Below are positions 1 to 14,412 of a stretch of DNA of 64,000 nucleotides, one piece after another. Below the pieces are notes generated by a model. It was given only the letters and a program-made list of their open reading frames with translations. It was not told the origin of the DNA and did no database searches. How positions within the stretch are numbered: position 1 is the stretch's first letter; every line of letters starts with the position of its first letter. A program made the translations under genes and the position numbers. Source of the DNA: Antedon mediterranea (lineage: Eukaryota > Animalia > Echinodermata); the NCBI RefSeq assembly GCF_964355755.1, contig NC_092670.1:2408201-2472200 (forward strand), read 5' to 3'.

Positions 1-639
1 AGTGAGGAGGAGCTTTTAACAATGGTATTCCGGGAAATTATAGGGCAAAAATTAGCGATCTGACCGAGCATGAGTTCAAGGATAGTGAGTTTTTGTTGGG
101 CGGTATGACGACGTGCAACAGGTACCTCATCATTGTCGTGAGTTAAGCCGCGAAGGGGAGATGCCCTGGTTTTGGGACGCCAAATTGAACCATCTAGGAG
201 AAATGGGGTTGGTAAGTATACACTTTTAGATATGTAAGTTAGGCCGAATACTCACTGAAAACTCAATGGACACACTGATCGACACTGATTCCGTCTCGAT
301 ATCTATTTATCCTTTTCTCTCTAGAGGGCAGTATCACATTGCTGTGATATTACATCCCTCTCCACCTTGTTTAGTCTCTATAAATTATTTGATTTAAAAG
401 GTATTTGTTTTGCAAGTACTAAAATGCTGAGATAAAAGGATTACTCAAGTACATAAAACGCAATGCTGTTGTGGTGTAGCCAATTTGCCTAAATTAGAAA
501 ACGATTAAAAATTGACAACTAAAACATTTGTTTCCTTTATCTAGTAGCTACATTAGATCAACTTTCGTATGCACTTAGAGGTCCAGAGAATTTGACTTCA
601 GAAATTGGTTTAGAATGGTCAAACAATCATTTTTGGCTT

Positions 640-3560
640 GGTTACACATTTTGAAAATGTGGCAAAAGGTCAGGGTGAAAGGTTTAATACCAAACACCAA
701 TAGGTCCTTAAACCTCGACAACCACTGTGGTCACAGCAAGGTAATTTTGGTCTCAAATTGATCAGAAGGTATAAATAGTCCACTAAAAATATGGTTGAAC
801 CTAGAACAAATTGCAACAGAATTTTGTTTTGTTTTGTCTGGTTGATATGGTGAACAAGAACATCATATCCAAAGTTTACCAAAATCGGATATCCGGAAGT
901 GGGTTAATTAGCATAAATTCAAAATGGCCGCCATTTGCTATTTTAAAGCCTCATATCTCCTTAACGGTTGGATTTAGACCACCTAAGTGCATTACGAGTA
1001 GATATACAGTAAATGTGATATTAAACATTCTAATTAGCATATTTAAATTCCCATATGACGTACCTATGGTCATATGGTAGTTGTGACGTCATATATTATG
1101 TTATAACTGTTTTAAATGAACTGCAAGAAAACATGTTTCTTGACATTCTAGAAGGGGGTCAATTAGCGCAGCATAAATTCCAAATGGCTGCTATTTACTA
1201 TACCATGTTGAAGCCCTGTGGGTTTAGACAGCCTATGTGCATTACGAATAGGTATATATGTAAAAACCGTTGAAATTTATCATTAAGTTTCCATTTACAA
1301 AATCTTATGAAAATAGTTATTCTACAGAACCGTATGAAAGGTGATCATCAACTAAATTTCCGAAACGGATTTGTACTCAAGCGCACATCTTGTTTTGTGT
1401 TTCCTAAAACTACCGGTACATCTTTTAGAACTTTATCTCTTTAAATTGGTAAAGGAATAAAAAAATATTGTAATGAGGCGATTGTCTGTGGGTCAGGCTA
1501 TTCATCCACAAACTCATCTCAATTCCCCAACTGGAAATTGAGATGACACATGAAATGATAAATGTCATACTGTAGTTTTCGGTATAGTCAGCATCTCCAT
1601 TCTGCTCTTTCAAAGTTGCTTTTTCATTGCATCTGTTTGGTGTCGATCTTTTATGAGACAACAACCTTTTATGATATTTTATATAATGTTTATTTTTTGA
1701 ATGCTGTTTCCAAGATTCAATGAGCATAACAAGGACACTTCATCCTAGGATGATCAACTAGGATGAAGAATCATCAGTTAATGATACAAACCAACGGAAT
1801 CCAAAAGGGGTTGTTAAGGTAATAAAGCAATTTTCAAACTTGCCACTACTAATTACAGTATTTAATTTTTCGACAAGACAGTATTCAACTTCCTTGACAG
1901 AAAATGTCAGAAAAATGAAATAGAAACTTTGAATGCAGATGGGGATCTATTAAATATCTTACTTTGCCATAATTAAAAAAAGCGATTGCGTTTTATTAGA
2001 CAGAAGAAGCAAAAAATAGTGGATGGAATAATTGGTACTTAAAGAACACATCTTAAGGAGCAAATTTGCAACATCTTTGTAATGCTCTGCACTTGCAAAG
2101 AAACAGGGGGATGCATTCTATTCGAAGCAAGAACTGTTTGGTCCAAAATTTAAAAAGACATCAGAAAAGCCAATGAAGTAGATTTGCTGTGCCTACATGT
2201 ATGGTGGAAGTATTTTGACGGCGCCAACATTACATTTTCTGTGTATGTACTTTGGATGGGAAACTTACTGTGATCCAACTCCATATTTAGGATGGGGTCG
2301 AATTATTAAATCCCAGACTCATTACTATTAGAATTAAGAATCCTGTTTCTTTAAATATATATGAGATATATATGAGATAATATGCAGTTATAAAAAGTTG
2401 CAGTTGCAGAAAATTAACTTGAATGTTCTATTGCATGTTGTGAAGGATGGCCGAATAACTTCTGATACCCATGATCTTAACCTGGATGTGGTAAATGTTC
2501 TACTATTTTCATGCGATTAAAAACATTTTTTCCTTTCGGTTTCTATATTTTCCCCTTAGAATAATGCCAATTGAGCATTATTGTGACAAAATATATGACG
2601 TCGTATGTCATAGGTACGTTATATGGCAATTTAAATATGCTAATTGGAAAGTTTAATATTACTCGCAATGCACTTAGGTTGTCTAAAACCAAGCTCTAAG
2701 GAGATATGGAGCTTCAATAAAATAATAATAATAATAATAAATAGCGGCCATTTTTAATGTATGCTAATTAACCCACTTTCTGACGTCCGATTTTGGTAAA
2801 CTTTGGAAATAATGTTCATTTCAACAAGGAGAATGTCAAGAAACATGTTTTCTTGCAGTTCCTAAATTGTTCGCATAGTATAATGTCATTTAAACAGTTA
2901 TAACATAATATATGACGTCACAACTACCATATGACGTCATAGGTACGTCATATGGGAATTTAAATATGCTAATTAGAATGTTTAATATCACATTTATATC
3001 TACTCGTAATGCACTGAGGTGGTCTAAATCCAACCGTTGCAATTCTGTTGCAATTTGTTCTAGGTTCACCCTATTTTTGACTTATCTTTACTGGACTAAT
3101 ACAATTATTATTTAGTCTAATGGGACATTTTAGTGAAAATGACCGAAAATGCCATTTATGACCTTTGACCCATTCCCCATGTATGTATCTCCGTAACTAC
3201 TGTTTGTAGACACTTAAATTGCAATATACATATTATTTGTTGCACATTTTGAAAAATGTTACAAACGGTCAAAGGGTCAGGTCAAGGGTTATATGAACAA
3301 ACACAAATAAGGTACTTGTATCTCGGCAACCACTGGTCGCAGCAAGTCAATTTTAGTCTCAAAATGTTGAGAAGGCATGCATTCATATTCAGTCTAATGG
3401 GACATTTTAGTAAAAAATTATCAGAAATGCCATTTCTGATCTTTGACCCACATACCAGGGCATCTTTATATCTATGCAAGTACTGGTCGTAGGAACTTAA
3501 ATTTGGTATCAAATTGTTGGAAATATACATATTTACATTCATTCTAACAGAAAATTTGGT
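640..3560. mobile_element. Degenerate foldback element with Academ-like subterminal repeats
   Basis: Inverted blocks: 797-826 vs 3041-3068 and about 960-1150 vs about 2830-3037; caaaatggccgcc and gacctttgacc motifs; boundaries vague. Confidence 0.5.
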
Positions 3561-4634
3561 GAAAAAATGATCAGAAATACTATCAAATACTAATGTTTCA
3601 AACAAAAAACATCCCTCTACACAACTTATTCTTATATAAATGTTATGCAATAACTGATGCTTTTTAAAGCATTTAAAAATGGTTTCATTATAGGAATTAC
3701 AACAAATCCTTTACTGTTTGTAATTTTACTTTTGCTTATAGTAATGCTAGAAAATATTGTTGACCCTTGAGGACGATCAAACATTATAGGGAAGTCGAAC
3801 TCAACAGTTTTTTTGCAGAATGCTAGAAGTAACTTACCGTATTTATCCGAATAAATACCCCAGGCATTTATTGTTCAGAGGGGTGTTTAGGGGGAGCGGT
3901 GTTTAGGGGGAGGGGTGTTTATTCAGTGGAGGTGTAATATGGTAACATGTATAATCAAATAAATACACCCTAGATATAAAAAATACAACACAATTAATAT
4001 CGTAATAAGAATAACTGGATTAAACCTCCTTCATCTGGGTGCAAGTACAATCATGATATTAAAAAGGTCGGAGACAACTATAATAGTACTTTTTTCGTGT
4101 ACGAAAAAAAAATTCTGTTCGGGTTTGGAAAATATTTTTTTTATACTATTGCTTTTGAAAAACAGTGCCACCTATGTTGTACTTTCCTTGCAAATGTTAT
4201 TGTTATGACTGGTTTCACGATGAAAGTACATTTTTGGAGAGATATAATATGTACTAATTTAGTATAAAAAGGCATTTAAATTAACTTTAATTAGATTGTT
4301 TTTAGGATTTTGATTAAATAATGGAAACATCTCTAGAAGACGTGGAATCGTTGGAAAAAACATACTTAGCCTCAATGAGTTCCAGTTGCTTGAGTTTCAT
4401 ATTGCTGTCTTTTAGCCTATAGGCCTAGCTAGCTGTTATTATTAGGCTAGACCTATAGGCGTTTTAGCCTGGCTAGGTCTAGGATTGTTTGGTCGTTTGT
4501 TTACATAATTAACACTAAAAGTAGGTGCATTTATAAAATATAAATAATATAAATAATAATATTTAATATAATTATTAAAAACCAAATGTTACTGTTTTAA
4601 TCAATATGAATCAAATTAACCATATACACACATT

Positions 4635-4800
4635 AGGCACAGAACATTATTTCTAAACTGCCCGGTAATATACTGAAAGTTAATTTGAGAATGGGAAAAA
4701 GTCCCCCCAACCGAGACTCGAACCCGGAACCGTTTGCTTGATATGCAGATGTCCTAACCATTAGACGACTGGGGCTTTCATGGTATTGTTCAAACTTGTA
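4635..4800 (-). mobile_element. Diverged, truncated copy of the same tRNA-containing element
   Basis: gccccagtcgtctaatggttaggacatctgcatatcaagc…gggttcgagtctcggttgggg plus the terminal-repeat sequence. Confidence 0.7.
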
Positions 4801-5806
4801 TGGCGAAACAGCACTAAGTCCCTAAAACAGAGATAAAATTTAATTTGTGCAGATTTTGCTTATCCAGGGTATAGTGTACTGTATGACCAGCTACCAAAAA
4901 GTATACTGCAACATTGCATTTTTTAAATGTAATTACAATTGTGATATCTAGATTGGTTTGAGCAATTAGTTTGCACAATGCAACTACAAGAAAGTAATAC
5001 TTCTGCATCATTTGCCATTATTTTCATGTTTCTAGGATGTACGGTTTACGAGTTTTGTGGAATCAGACATTATCTAAGGTCAAATGTCAAATTTTAAATG
5101 GCTTCAAATCTTAAAAGTTGCCATTTTTTTTTATACGAGTTGCCATACCAAATTTCATGCTTCTAACCAACCAGCTACCAAAAAGTATACTGCAACATTG
5201 CATTTTTTAAATGTAATTACAATTGTGATATCTAGATTGGTTTGAGCAATTAGTATCAACCCTATCAACCCATTTTTTGGAGCTAAGAAACCCACTAAAT
5301 ATACAATTCAGACCTTGAGACCCGCGACATTTTGACTGTGAGTAAGTCGGAGGGCTGTTACACTTTATATGCATGCATTTATCTAAAGGATGGTTTCCTG
5401 TCGACGTAACAATTCCAGTTTTGTTCCAGATTACGTTGATTTATTGTAAGAAAGTAGGTTTAGACAGAAAACCAATTCTGATCGAATATTTGTGAAATCA
5501 ACGTCATCTACAAGAAACCGGTGATCTAACAATTTATGTGAAACCGAGATATTTTGACCTTACGCTTCAATAAACGCCCTTGCGTTTAATATGTTTCTAA
5601 GTCTTAATGCCTTTAAAACCTGTTTAAAACATTCATTCAATTCTTAACAATCAGTTGTCCTTTGCTAGTTACCCTTTCTTTTTTATAGCAAGCGTTCGTT
5701 TACCCGTTATTTATTTATTTTTACAAAAAAAAATTGTTGTAACCTGTAAGCCTATGCTATGTAACCTGCCAGTTGTTTTCGTCTTCTTGTTGAGGTTGTT
5801 TCTGTG

Positions 5807-6553
5807 TTTTTAGTCGCGTGGAAGCGATTCTATAGTTCACTATGTCGGTCAGTCTGTCGGTCTGTCGGTCCGGTATCACTATGCGTTTTATCGCTTTCTG
5901 ACCTTATCTTGATATCAGTTTAATCTAGCTAGGTCAATTTTTCACAGTATATTCCTTATGGCCAGGAATCAATGTGGTTATGTTTTCACGGTGCGCAATA
6001 AAAAATTACGCGGTCTACGCACGATTTAACGAAATCACGTTTGTAATCATATCTTCACAACCATGAATCACAATTAAATAAAATGTGGTACTCATAAATT
6101 TCAGGGCATAAATCATCATATGGCAATACAATTACGTGCGTAGCGCATGTAACGCATGCGTACGCGCGCTTAAAATTTTCAAAATTTATTTTCGATGAAA
6201 TAAGAGTACGTTTCAGGCAATTTTAAGCGTTTACAAAATTGCCAGGAGTGCGCATATTTTTGCGCGCGCACTGCGCGTTAAACGTTATTGCGTACTCTTT
6301 TTGCCCGATTTCTGTTTTCTTGACTTACTTTTCAACTCGAAATTACGTTATGCGAGCACGTCAAAAGTGACAGGCTACGCACGTGTAAATTAAAAAAATA
6401 TAAATGTTTTTAAACATTTCAACATTTTTAAACATGTTCAGTAATTTCGGTCAGTATAGTTCACTATGTCGGTCGGTCGGTCTGTCGGTCTGTCTGTCGG
6501 TCCGGTATCACTATGCATTGTAGCACGCGACTTAATGGCTGTTGGCCTTGTTT
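5807..6553 (+). mobile_element. Helentron-associated non-autonomous element (HINE / DINE-1-like)
   Basis: Starts ttttagtcgcgtg; (gtcg/gtct)n microsatellites; ends with sub-TIR cacgcgact, short hairpin and ttgttt. Confidence 0.68.
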
Positions 6554-7217
6554 AAATATATATATATATTGTGTCTTTAAAACATCCTATTATTGGCCTT
6601 GGCTGTTAGATGTAGATGTGAAATACAGTTGTTGAATTGAATACATACAATTATGGGACTTTTTAGAAAGAAGTGAATTTAAGTTATTTTTGTCTTCAAG
6701 CTAAACAATTTCGCTAAAATCTAAATATCCGTACTTGAAGAGACGCTATGAAAATTAATAATTATGCAGATAGTAATGAGAATAATATAAGATAAAATTA
6801 ACAAATTCCCTTTTAAATTTAAAATATTTATTTTATGTTTTAAACCAGTGAAGAGTGTAATTTCAATCTTCTCTGTTTAAACAGTGTGATAACCCTTTTA
6901 TTCTTGAATCGTTTTAATTATTTGTTTAGAATTTGTTACAAAATTATATAACTTTCATTGTATCTTTAGTACAGTCTTGTGTAAGGGTACGCATAATAGA
7001 TACTGTATGTAGGCCTGTTAACGTGATAGGCCTACCTATTGTGTGCTATTGAAATAAAAATGCAAGTAAAACATAATTAGAAAACCGCTCGAAAAAGAAA
7101 CACCAAATCAGAAGCGATGCTCAAATCGCCATAAATGTGACTGACGTAGTTAAATGTGTTTATGAAATTTCAACTTCCGTAACTAAACTAAAATCGTCAT
7201 AAGCGTGTTTGTAAATT

Positions 7218-9081
7218 TCAAACTCGTTTGAGCAGTTCCATATCGGTAAACATCTGTGAAATGTCAACTTTGTATTTCTCACGCATTGTTGCCGGTGTAA
7301 ATATACTGGCCTGGATACACTTGTCCTTTTGTATTTGAATCAGATATGTTTGTATCTTTTCTAAAAACAAGGAAAGTTATGCAGTAGAGAGAATCTTAAC
7401 AAGTACTTTTGTATTTGAAGCAGATATTCCTCTATCTTTTCTACAAATAAAGAAATATTTTTAGCTTGATTAAACTATAATATTTAATAATGTTTTATTA
7501 ATATATTATTACATTTATTTATACGGTATTTGTTGAAATAGTATTAAAATTGTTGAATGTTTTGCGTTCCTCTAATTATTTTTATGTTTTATTAATATAA
7601 ATTATCTAACTTTATTATTTTAATTTTTTTTGTTACGCATTCATAAATAAGCTTCATAGAGTGTGTGTGACCCAATATAATATATAATAATTATAAAAAT
7701 AATATATAATCATTTTCAGAATATGAAACTTCAATTAAAATATGCTTAACAGAGGGCAGCAAACAGAAAATTATAATTATATTAAAAAGGATTTTTATGA
7801 CAATAGACATTTAGTTCCACTTTATAGTAAAATAAAATCAACCTAAAACTTGTATGAGTGTGAAAGTGAAATTATTCTATTAATTAAAAACAATATATAA
7901 CATTAAGACATATTTGTATTTATCTTAGTTAAACATATCTCTTTTCCTAATGCCTATGACAGGCTTGGTAGCCATACAAACTGTAGGCCTTGAAAGAGCG
8001 GATATGTTCGCTATGGTATTGGGTCGAATGACATGCTGTAGACAAAGATCCAATTTTCTGTACTTGTACAATTATCACTAAATATAAAATCAGTTTATAA
8101 ATTCAACCTGCACATTTTTTATGTAACATCTTATATAGTTACAGTAGTTACTTCTTTCAGGTTGTCTCTCGGGATATAAGGGAAGGCAACAACTTATTAT
8201 CATAATGATTTGCCAATTGTTTTATTTAAACGTACTTAACTGAAGTAAAAATAAAAACTTTAGGGCTTATTATATAGACAATTATTTTTAGCGTACTTAT
8301 TAATGTTATTATAAGTGATATACAGTATAAATTGAAAGTGTTCTACATGATTGATATATTCCAAATTGTGTGTGAAGGGTAACATTCACTTTCATCCAAT
8401 ACTGATATAAATAGTTCATAATGGCAAACCAAGAAACCTTATATTGTATACAAAGCAATTATTGTAGCAGCTTGATTGGCTTCGAAATTCAATGATATAT
8501 TTTATAATTATTGTTGCAGGTTTATTTTTGACAATCAGTGAATTCAACAAGTACTGGATTATAAAATGGAAATTGTATTAACTATTAGCAGTTTCCTATT
8601 TCTAAGATGAAAAGATGTACACTTTATATTCCTTTTCAAGTCGACCTGATTTGCCAAGACTATATTTTAAAATTTTTAGGTTCTTTTCAGTTGATTAATC
8701 CTGTATCTTATTTAAATTGAATTGCATTATTATGGTAAACATTACTGTACCTACAAGTAAACTCACCTTCTTCTGATTTACCCTCTCTGGTCATTGGTTT
8801 CACTGGCTTTGAGTCTGTTTAATAAATAGCAAATGACAAGAACTGAATTTTTACAAGAAGACCAATGGGTAATGGCATAAATTAAGCATAAAAGTTATAA
8901 GAAATATAATTCAATAATGTGTGCAATATGAATGATAGTTTGTGTGAATAGTACATAATGAATAGTAAATCCTATTCATCTCCAAAAATTTATTTTAAAA
9001 CTTGCTTGAAAAGGTAATTTATTTAAAAAAGTAAATTTATTTTTTTACCTGCCATGTTGTCAACTTTTTAGGTCTTTGTTT
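7218..9081 (-). pseudogene. Truncated paralog of the NLR 5' end (ATG exon, micro-exon, start of NACHT exon)
   Basis: Exons 9049-9081, 8767-8814 (DSKPVKPMTREGKSEE) and 7218-7360 (…MREKYKVDISQMFTDMELLKRV*) match the intact gene's MRDRYKVDILQIFTDMELLKE; homology ends before Walker A. Confidence 0.8.
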
Positions 9082-10385
9082 CTAAAAAAAAAATGTTGTA
9101 TTAAAGTATAAATCAATCAATAATACAGGATAAATCATCAATTAAAAATATCTTTTTAACTAACAATCATATAAATAAATAAATAAATCAGAAACTAAAG
9201 TGTTCAATAGATCATTTAATTAATCTAAATATAAAATTAATTCAGAGAGGTAGCCTTCTTTTATATTTGTGAATGCTCTAGAAATAACATAATTCTTGAA
9301 TAAAAATGAGTTTTATCTGCAGTATCTCGGGCAGTAGCTGAGCAAAACTAAATGTATATTATTATTATTAGAAATTTACAAGAAAAAACAAAATATCAAT
9401 TTATCTAAATTTATTTGTATATTGTACAGTATACAGGTACCTGAGCGTAATAATAACCTACTTCAGGGTGCTTTGTGGCTACCATTCCAATGCATATTTA
9501 CACAAAACACAAAGTTCAATATGATAGGCTTGCTCAACCATGAAATTGCCAAGAAACTTTGTGATTATGTATGAAATGCCAGAGAAGTATTAATTCAGAT
9601 TATAATATTTTCCATCCATTTCCATACAGTAGTTTTGTTGTTAATCAGTCACTTTTATTTTTTATTTAACTATTAGTAATGTGAAGAGTGGGAAAGAAAG
9701 AACAAAAATGTTCATTCATTCATAATAACATTTATTTCTTATCATTTCAAAGTAAACAAAATAACAATTTAAATATAAATAATTAAGAGGCAACACCCAG
9801 AAAGTAATAACATTTGGAGGTTTCCCTCCAAAAAAACTTGTGACGGGTAGCCAGTTAAGAAATTGTAATCATATTGGAGTTTAAACAAACAGAAACAAAA
9901 CAAGACAAACAAACATGTAAAGCAAGACAACGACAAATTAATAATAATAAAATACTATGGAAGCACAGAAAACCCAGAATAAACATGTTGTTTTATTATT
10001 ATTAGTTATTTATGAAGTAGAATTTGTTTAAGTTTAAAAGAAAATGTATTTTTTGAAGGTGCCAATTTAATTTCGTCGGGGAGATCATTAAATAATTTGG
10101 TGCCACTATAACGGATATTATGTTGCATTAATGTTAATTTGGTAAAGGGAGGGTGGAGATTACAGGAGGATCTAGTTTTATGGGTATGAATGCTATTATT
10201 TTTTATAAAGTTGCAAGAAAGTTTGGTTGGAAGTAGACAGTTGACATGTTCATAGACGAAGGTGCATTGTTGGAGGATATTGATGTTTTGGACAGTTAAG
10301 ATAATGTACTGTATTATCGCTTGAAAAGCTGCCTATTGTCTTTGCTGTTAATATGTCAATGGTTCAGGATATTAAATATTCCATA
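7222..10385. repeat. Local segmental duplication, direct copy of about 44340-47222
   Basis: Colinear intron and exon sequence, e.g. 7660 vs 44932, 8320 vs 45578, 9440 vs 46869, 10310 vs 47150. Confidence 0.88.
9712..10302 (-). mobile_element. CR1/L2-group LINE 3' fragment
   Basis: HTHKTRSSCNLH…IRYSGTKLFNDLPDEIK, 3' UTR and (ATGA)n tail; absent from the paralogous site near 47145. Confidence 0.72.
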
Positions 10386-11399
10386 CAAATTATAATGTCC
10401 ATGTGCGTTTCTCTTTATGCACACCAATGTTTATTCCTATATGTTATTCATTGGGTACCAAAGATTCAGCCAATTGATGTTGTCAACTTTGTAGTGCATT
10501 TATGATTTTATAAACAAAATAATAAATGCTTTAATTGGTTGTTAAATATTTGTTTGTTTTCGACAATGTTTTCAAATTGTTTGCATTATATTGCATCTTT
10601 CAGTAGTACAGTACTACCCCATAGTCTCTCTGAAAATAAAGTTTGGGGAAAAAAGCTTATTTTATGCTTATAAAATGCTGCATATCAAAACCGATAAATT
10701 TAAGTGTGCCGAATCGTCTCGGGGCCGAATCGTTCCGCTACCGCAATTTATTTACTTAGTTCGTGGCTATAAAAGCGATTATTTTTGGTGATTTTTGGTC
10801 AGATTTTAATAATTCTTTCTTTAATTTAATATTGATACAAAATAATAACAGGCAATGTATGCTATTAACTTCTAATGTTGCATCGTTATCCCTAGCTAGG
10901 TAGTAGGCCTACAGTATACATAGTAATTATGTGGGCCGGGTCATTAGATAGGGAGTTACTGCTCCTACCCTGGAATACGTACCTGTACATACAGTACTCA
11001 TGGCTTAATCAATGATATACTGTAGTTTACTTTATGATTATATTTTTGTTCTGTACAGTAGATCAGACTATATTTACACAAAATGTTTACTACTGATTAT
11101 TAAACAAAAATAATTGATATAATAAATCATTATATCTGAAGAAAGAATGATGATTTAAAATGTTAGTCAAAAAGTCTAGCGGCATTTTTGTAAGAAAGAT
11201 TTCTTCTTTTGGAGTTCCACCTTTAAAAACATGATATATACTGTATCTATCTATCATTGTGTATGATTAAAATATAAAACAAACTACTCCCCTCACTCAT
11301 GGACATCTTTAAACACTGTGTGCCATGGTTTGTAATAACAACCACTAATAGCTTATACAATGAAGTATTTAAATATATTGTTGTAGATAATGCTGCTTA

Positions 11400-12181
11400 G
11401 GGATTAGGCCAAGTTGAGCCGCCGCCAGAAAAACGTAATTTTCTATGGAACGCCAAATGCTAACTTTCGCCGGTGCTCGTTCTATTTATATTGGGGATAA
11501 CGATGTACATTCAAAAGTTTATATATCATGGTTTTTAGTATTTATATATTATTAAATATTATAATTAAAGAAATAATTATGAAAATCTGGCTTGTAGATT
11601 CCAAAATATAAGGCCTAAAACATCACCGAATGTTATCGTTTTTAGCCAAAAATGACGTAAACATTGCCCCTCAGTCGGCAGTTGTATGAACTAGACCTAG
11701 GCCTGCTCCATTTTTCGGTAAAATAATTACATAACATCACGTTTTTAGTAAAATATTTTGTGTATTAACATTGTAAAATTCAATAAAATATGACATTAAA
11801 AGATTAGTAAATAAAAAATAATATTTATTTAACCTCATTCGAAGAATGTTAATACTCTATTAATTAGTCCTGAGAGACAACGTGACTTTACGTGGTAGGC
11901 CTACACGCGAGAAAAATTATAGAGTGCACTGAATTTTTTCCTCGAACTAGATTAAAAACAATTAAATTATTAAATATTACTACTTTCCTTTGCTGTGTTG
12001 TTAATTGTAATATGTAATTATATATTATTTATTTTCATGACCAATAAACCAAGACCATGAACTTATGTACTAGGACACCATCCTAATCACTACGCGAAAT
12101 GTAGTAAAAGACGCATGCACTGGGCGTTTCATAGAAATCACCGGCGGCTCAACTTGTCGGCGGTCCAACCGGTCATATCCC
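11400..12181. mobile_element. Degenerate MITE
   Basis: Inverted ends gggat…aagttgagccgccg / cggcggctcaactt…atccc and ttctatggaacgcc / ggcgtttcatagaa; no clear TSD. Confidence 0.55.
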
Positions 12182-14412
12182 ATTCTTGTGATAGGCCTAT
12201 CATGTGATTTGAATAAAAACGAAATAGACTTTGTATAGGCCTACATTTTACCAAATAGTGGAACTAGTTACATCACGTCATCTAACATAAAATAACTACT
12301 AAAAAATCATTTTAAAATTATAGTAACTAACCTTAATTTCTTTGTGGTATTACAGAGAAATTAGTTTCGATTTGTTTCATCCTAATGTAAATCTTACACT
12401 AACACAGGTCAGTCGTATACAGTAGGCCTACAGGCGATATAAGGGTGTGGCTGCAGACAATGAATATTGATTTTATTCAATTTTATGATGCCTAAAATCA
12501 CTCAGCCATGAACTTAGTTATAATAACAATGCAATTGCTGTTTATACAATTTTTATTGGACCCTGCAATTATGAAATCGCCAGAGAAGAATTGATTTATA
12601 ATAAATTTACTGCTGAACTAATAAATTCCAATTTCATCAAAAGAAGCAGTTTTGGTTTTTAAATGTTTCCTTAGTTTATGTTATATTATCAACCTATCAT
12701 GTCTAAATTGGAAAGAACAAGTTATGGTATCCCTGAATGAGGTTCTTTACAATGCAAACTTTATAACTGTACAAATAACGTAGTCAATGGTTACAAGCAT
12801 TTGATATTGTATTGTTAAATAGAACCATCCAAGCAATATCATGGACCATGGTTATATGAACAAATAACAATTAGTATGAAATGCCAAAGAATTAAAAAGA
12901 ATTGATTACAAACACACTGTTAAACCATGGACCTATAAATTATATGTCCATGGTTTAACTGTGTACTAAAAATCAAAGTATGTTTTTTATGAGGAGTAAA
13001 AGTATGGTTCCCAAAAGTTTGCTATTATTTGTTTATTTTTTGATTTAGCTCTTGATAAAAACTCAGTAGTATGAACAGTATGCTTTATGCTATCATTCTA
13101 AATTAGGAGATTAAGAGTTATGGTATCGAGGTACAACAAATGCATATGAATGATGCGTTCTATCTATTGATATTAATTGTATTGTAAATAATAGAATGAT
13201 TCTAGCAATGTTATATGAACAACAAGTATGAAACAGCAAAAATATTAACAGAATTCATTTACAAGCACCCAGTTTAACTGTGTACTAAAATCAAGTTTTT
13301 ATGAGGAGTAATAAAATGTTCCCAAAAGCTTGCTCATTTGTTCATTTATGATTTAGTTCTTATAAACCTTGGTATGATCAGTATTTATTAATCAGGCTGC
13401 TCTTGTTTAACAAAGTTAAATCATTTTTTCTTCCAATCCATACACAATTTTCCCAAACTATCTGAATTGTTAAAAGCTGAATGATAATTTTAATTATAGG
13501 CTATACAGTTTGATATAGAACATTATTTTTTTTAGTACAAGTTTAGTTTATTCAGAATTCTTGTTTTGAAAACAGCACTAATCGTGTTTTTTATTTTTCT
13601 ATTTATTCTTCCTCACATCTCAAATGTGCAATAAAAATGTACTGATTTTATTGAGTTGTACTTAATTAGGTTTGACTAATCAATCGGATTTTTTTTCAAA
13701 GAATGGCCATTTTTTCAATTTGTGCATTTTTTGGTGTTGAGATGTTTTTTGTATAATGTTCTTCGGTTTTTTAAAAACTCTATAAGGCTTATTTGTGTAA
13801 AATGTAAAACAGGTGCCTTTGTTTGGGACTTTGAAATGTTATGTCAATGGCTAGTTTTCCTAATTATTAGTAGAGAAATAGCACCAATCAAATTTCCTTG
13901 AACACGCTTTCTTGTATCATGGAGGAAATATATATTTCTTCCATGCTTGTACTCAGCTTTTTTCCTTTTGTTGTACCATATATTTGTTTAATACTGTTTG
14001 ATTACAGTATACTGTTTAGAATTGGTATTGTGGTACAGGAGACATGCATAGTTGGTGATATTGTGTTCTTTCAACCAGTTAACAAAAGTGTGTAAAATCG
14101 TATTATGCTTGAAATCCACTATGGTTATAGTGGGTTTTCCTAATTTCTTTCTTTCAACTCAACTATGAAAGCAAATAACTTGTATGAAACGCCACAGAAC
14201 TGTATTGTAGAACTATCCTAAAAATATTGTTTTTTTGTGGAGTCAAAACCCAGTTTTATATCATAGAGATCTGTTTTTTAATAAAGTTATATTTGTTTAA
14301 TTATTTTGAATAGAAACCTTTTATTTTCAGTAAATTTATTCTCTATTTTATCATTGATAAAAAAAAAACAATTGAGTTTTGGTACTATAGAATTGAAAGT
14401 ATAATGTAATAG

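Noticed and set aside
1-300. GC-richer segment at the window edge, perhaps a LINE 5' region
   Set aside because: Truncated by the window, with no recognisable motif.
1740-2400. Purine-rich coding-like stretch (…KQELFGPKFKK…), possibly a retroelement remnant
   Set aside because: Multiple stops and frameshifts; the family cannot be assigned by eye.
13560-14160. Possible old LINE fragment on the minus strand
   Set aside because: Too decayed; no diagnostic motif recovered.
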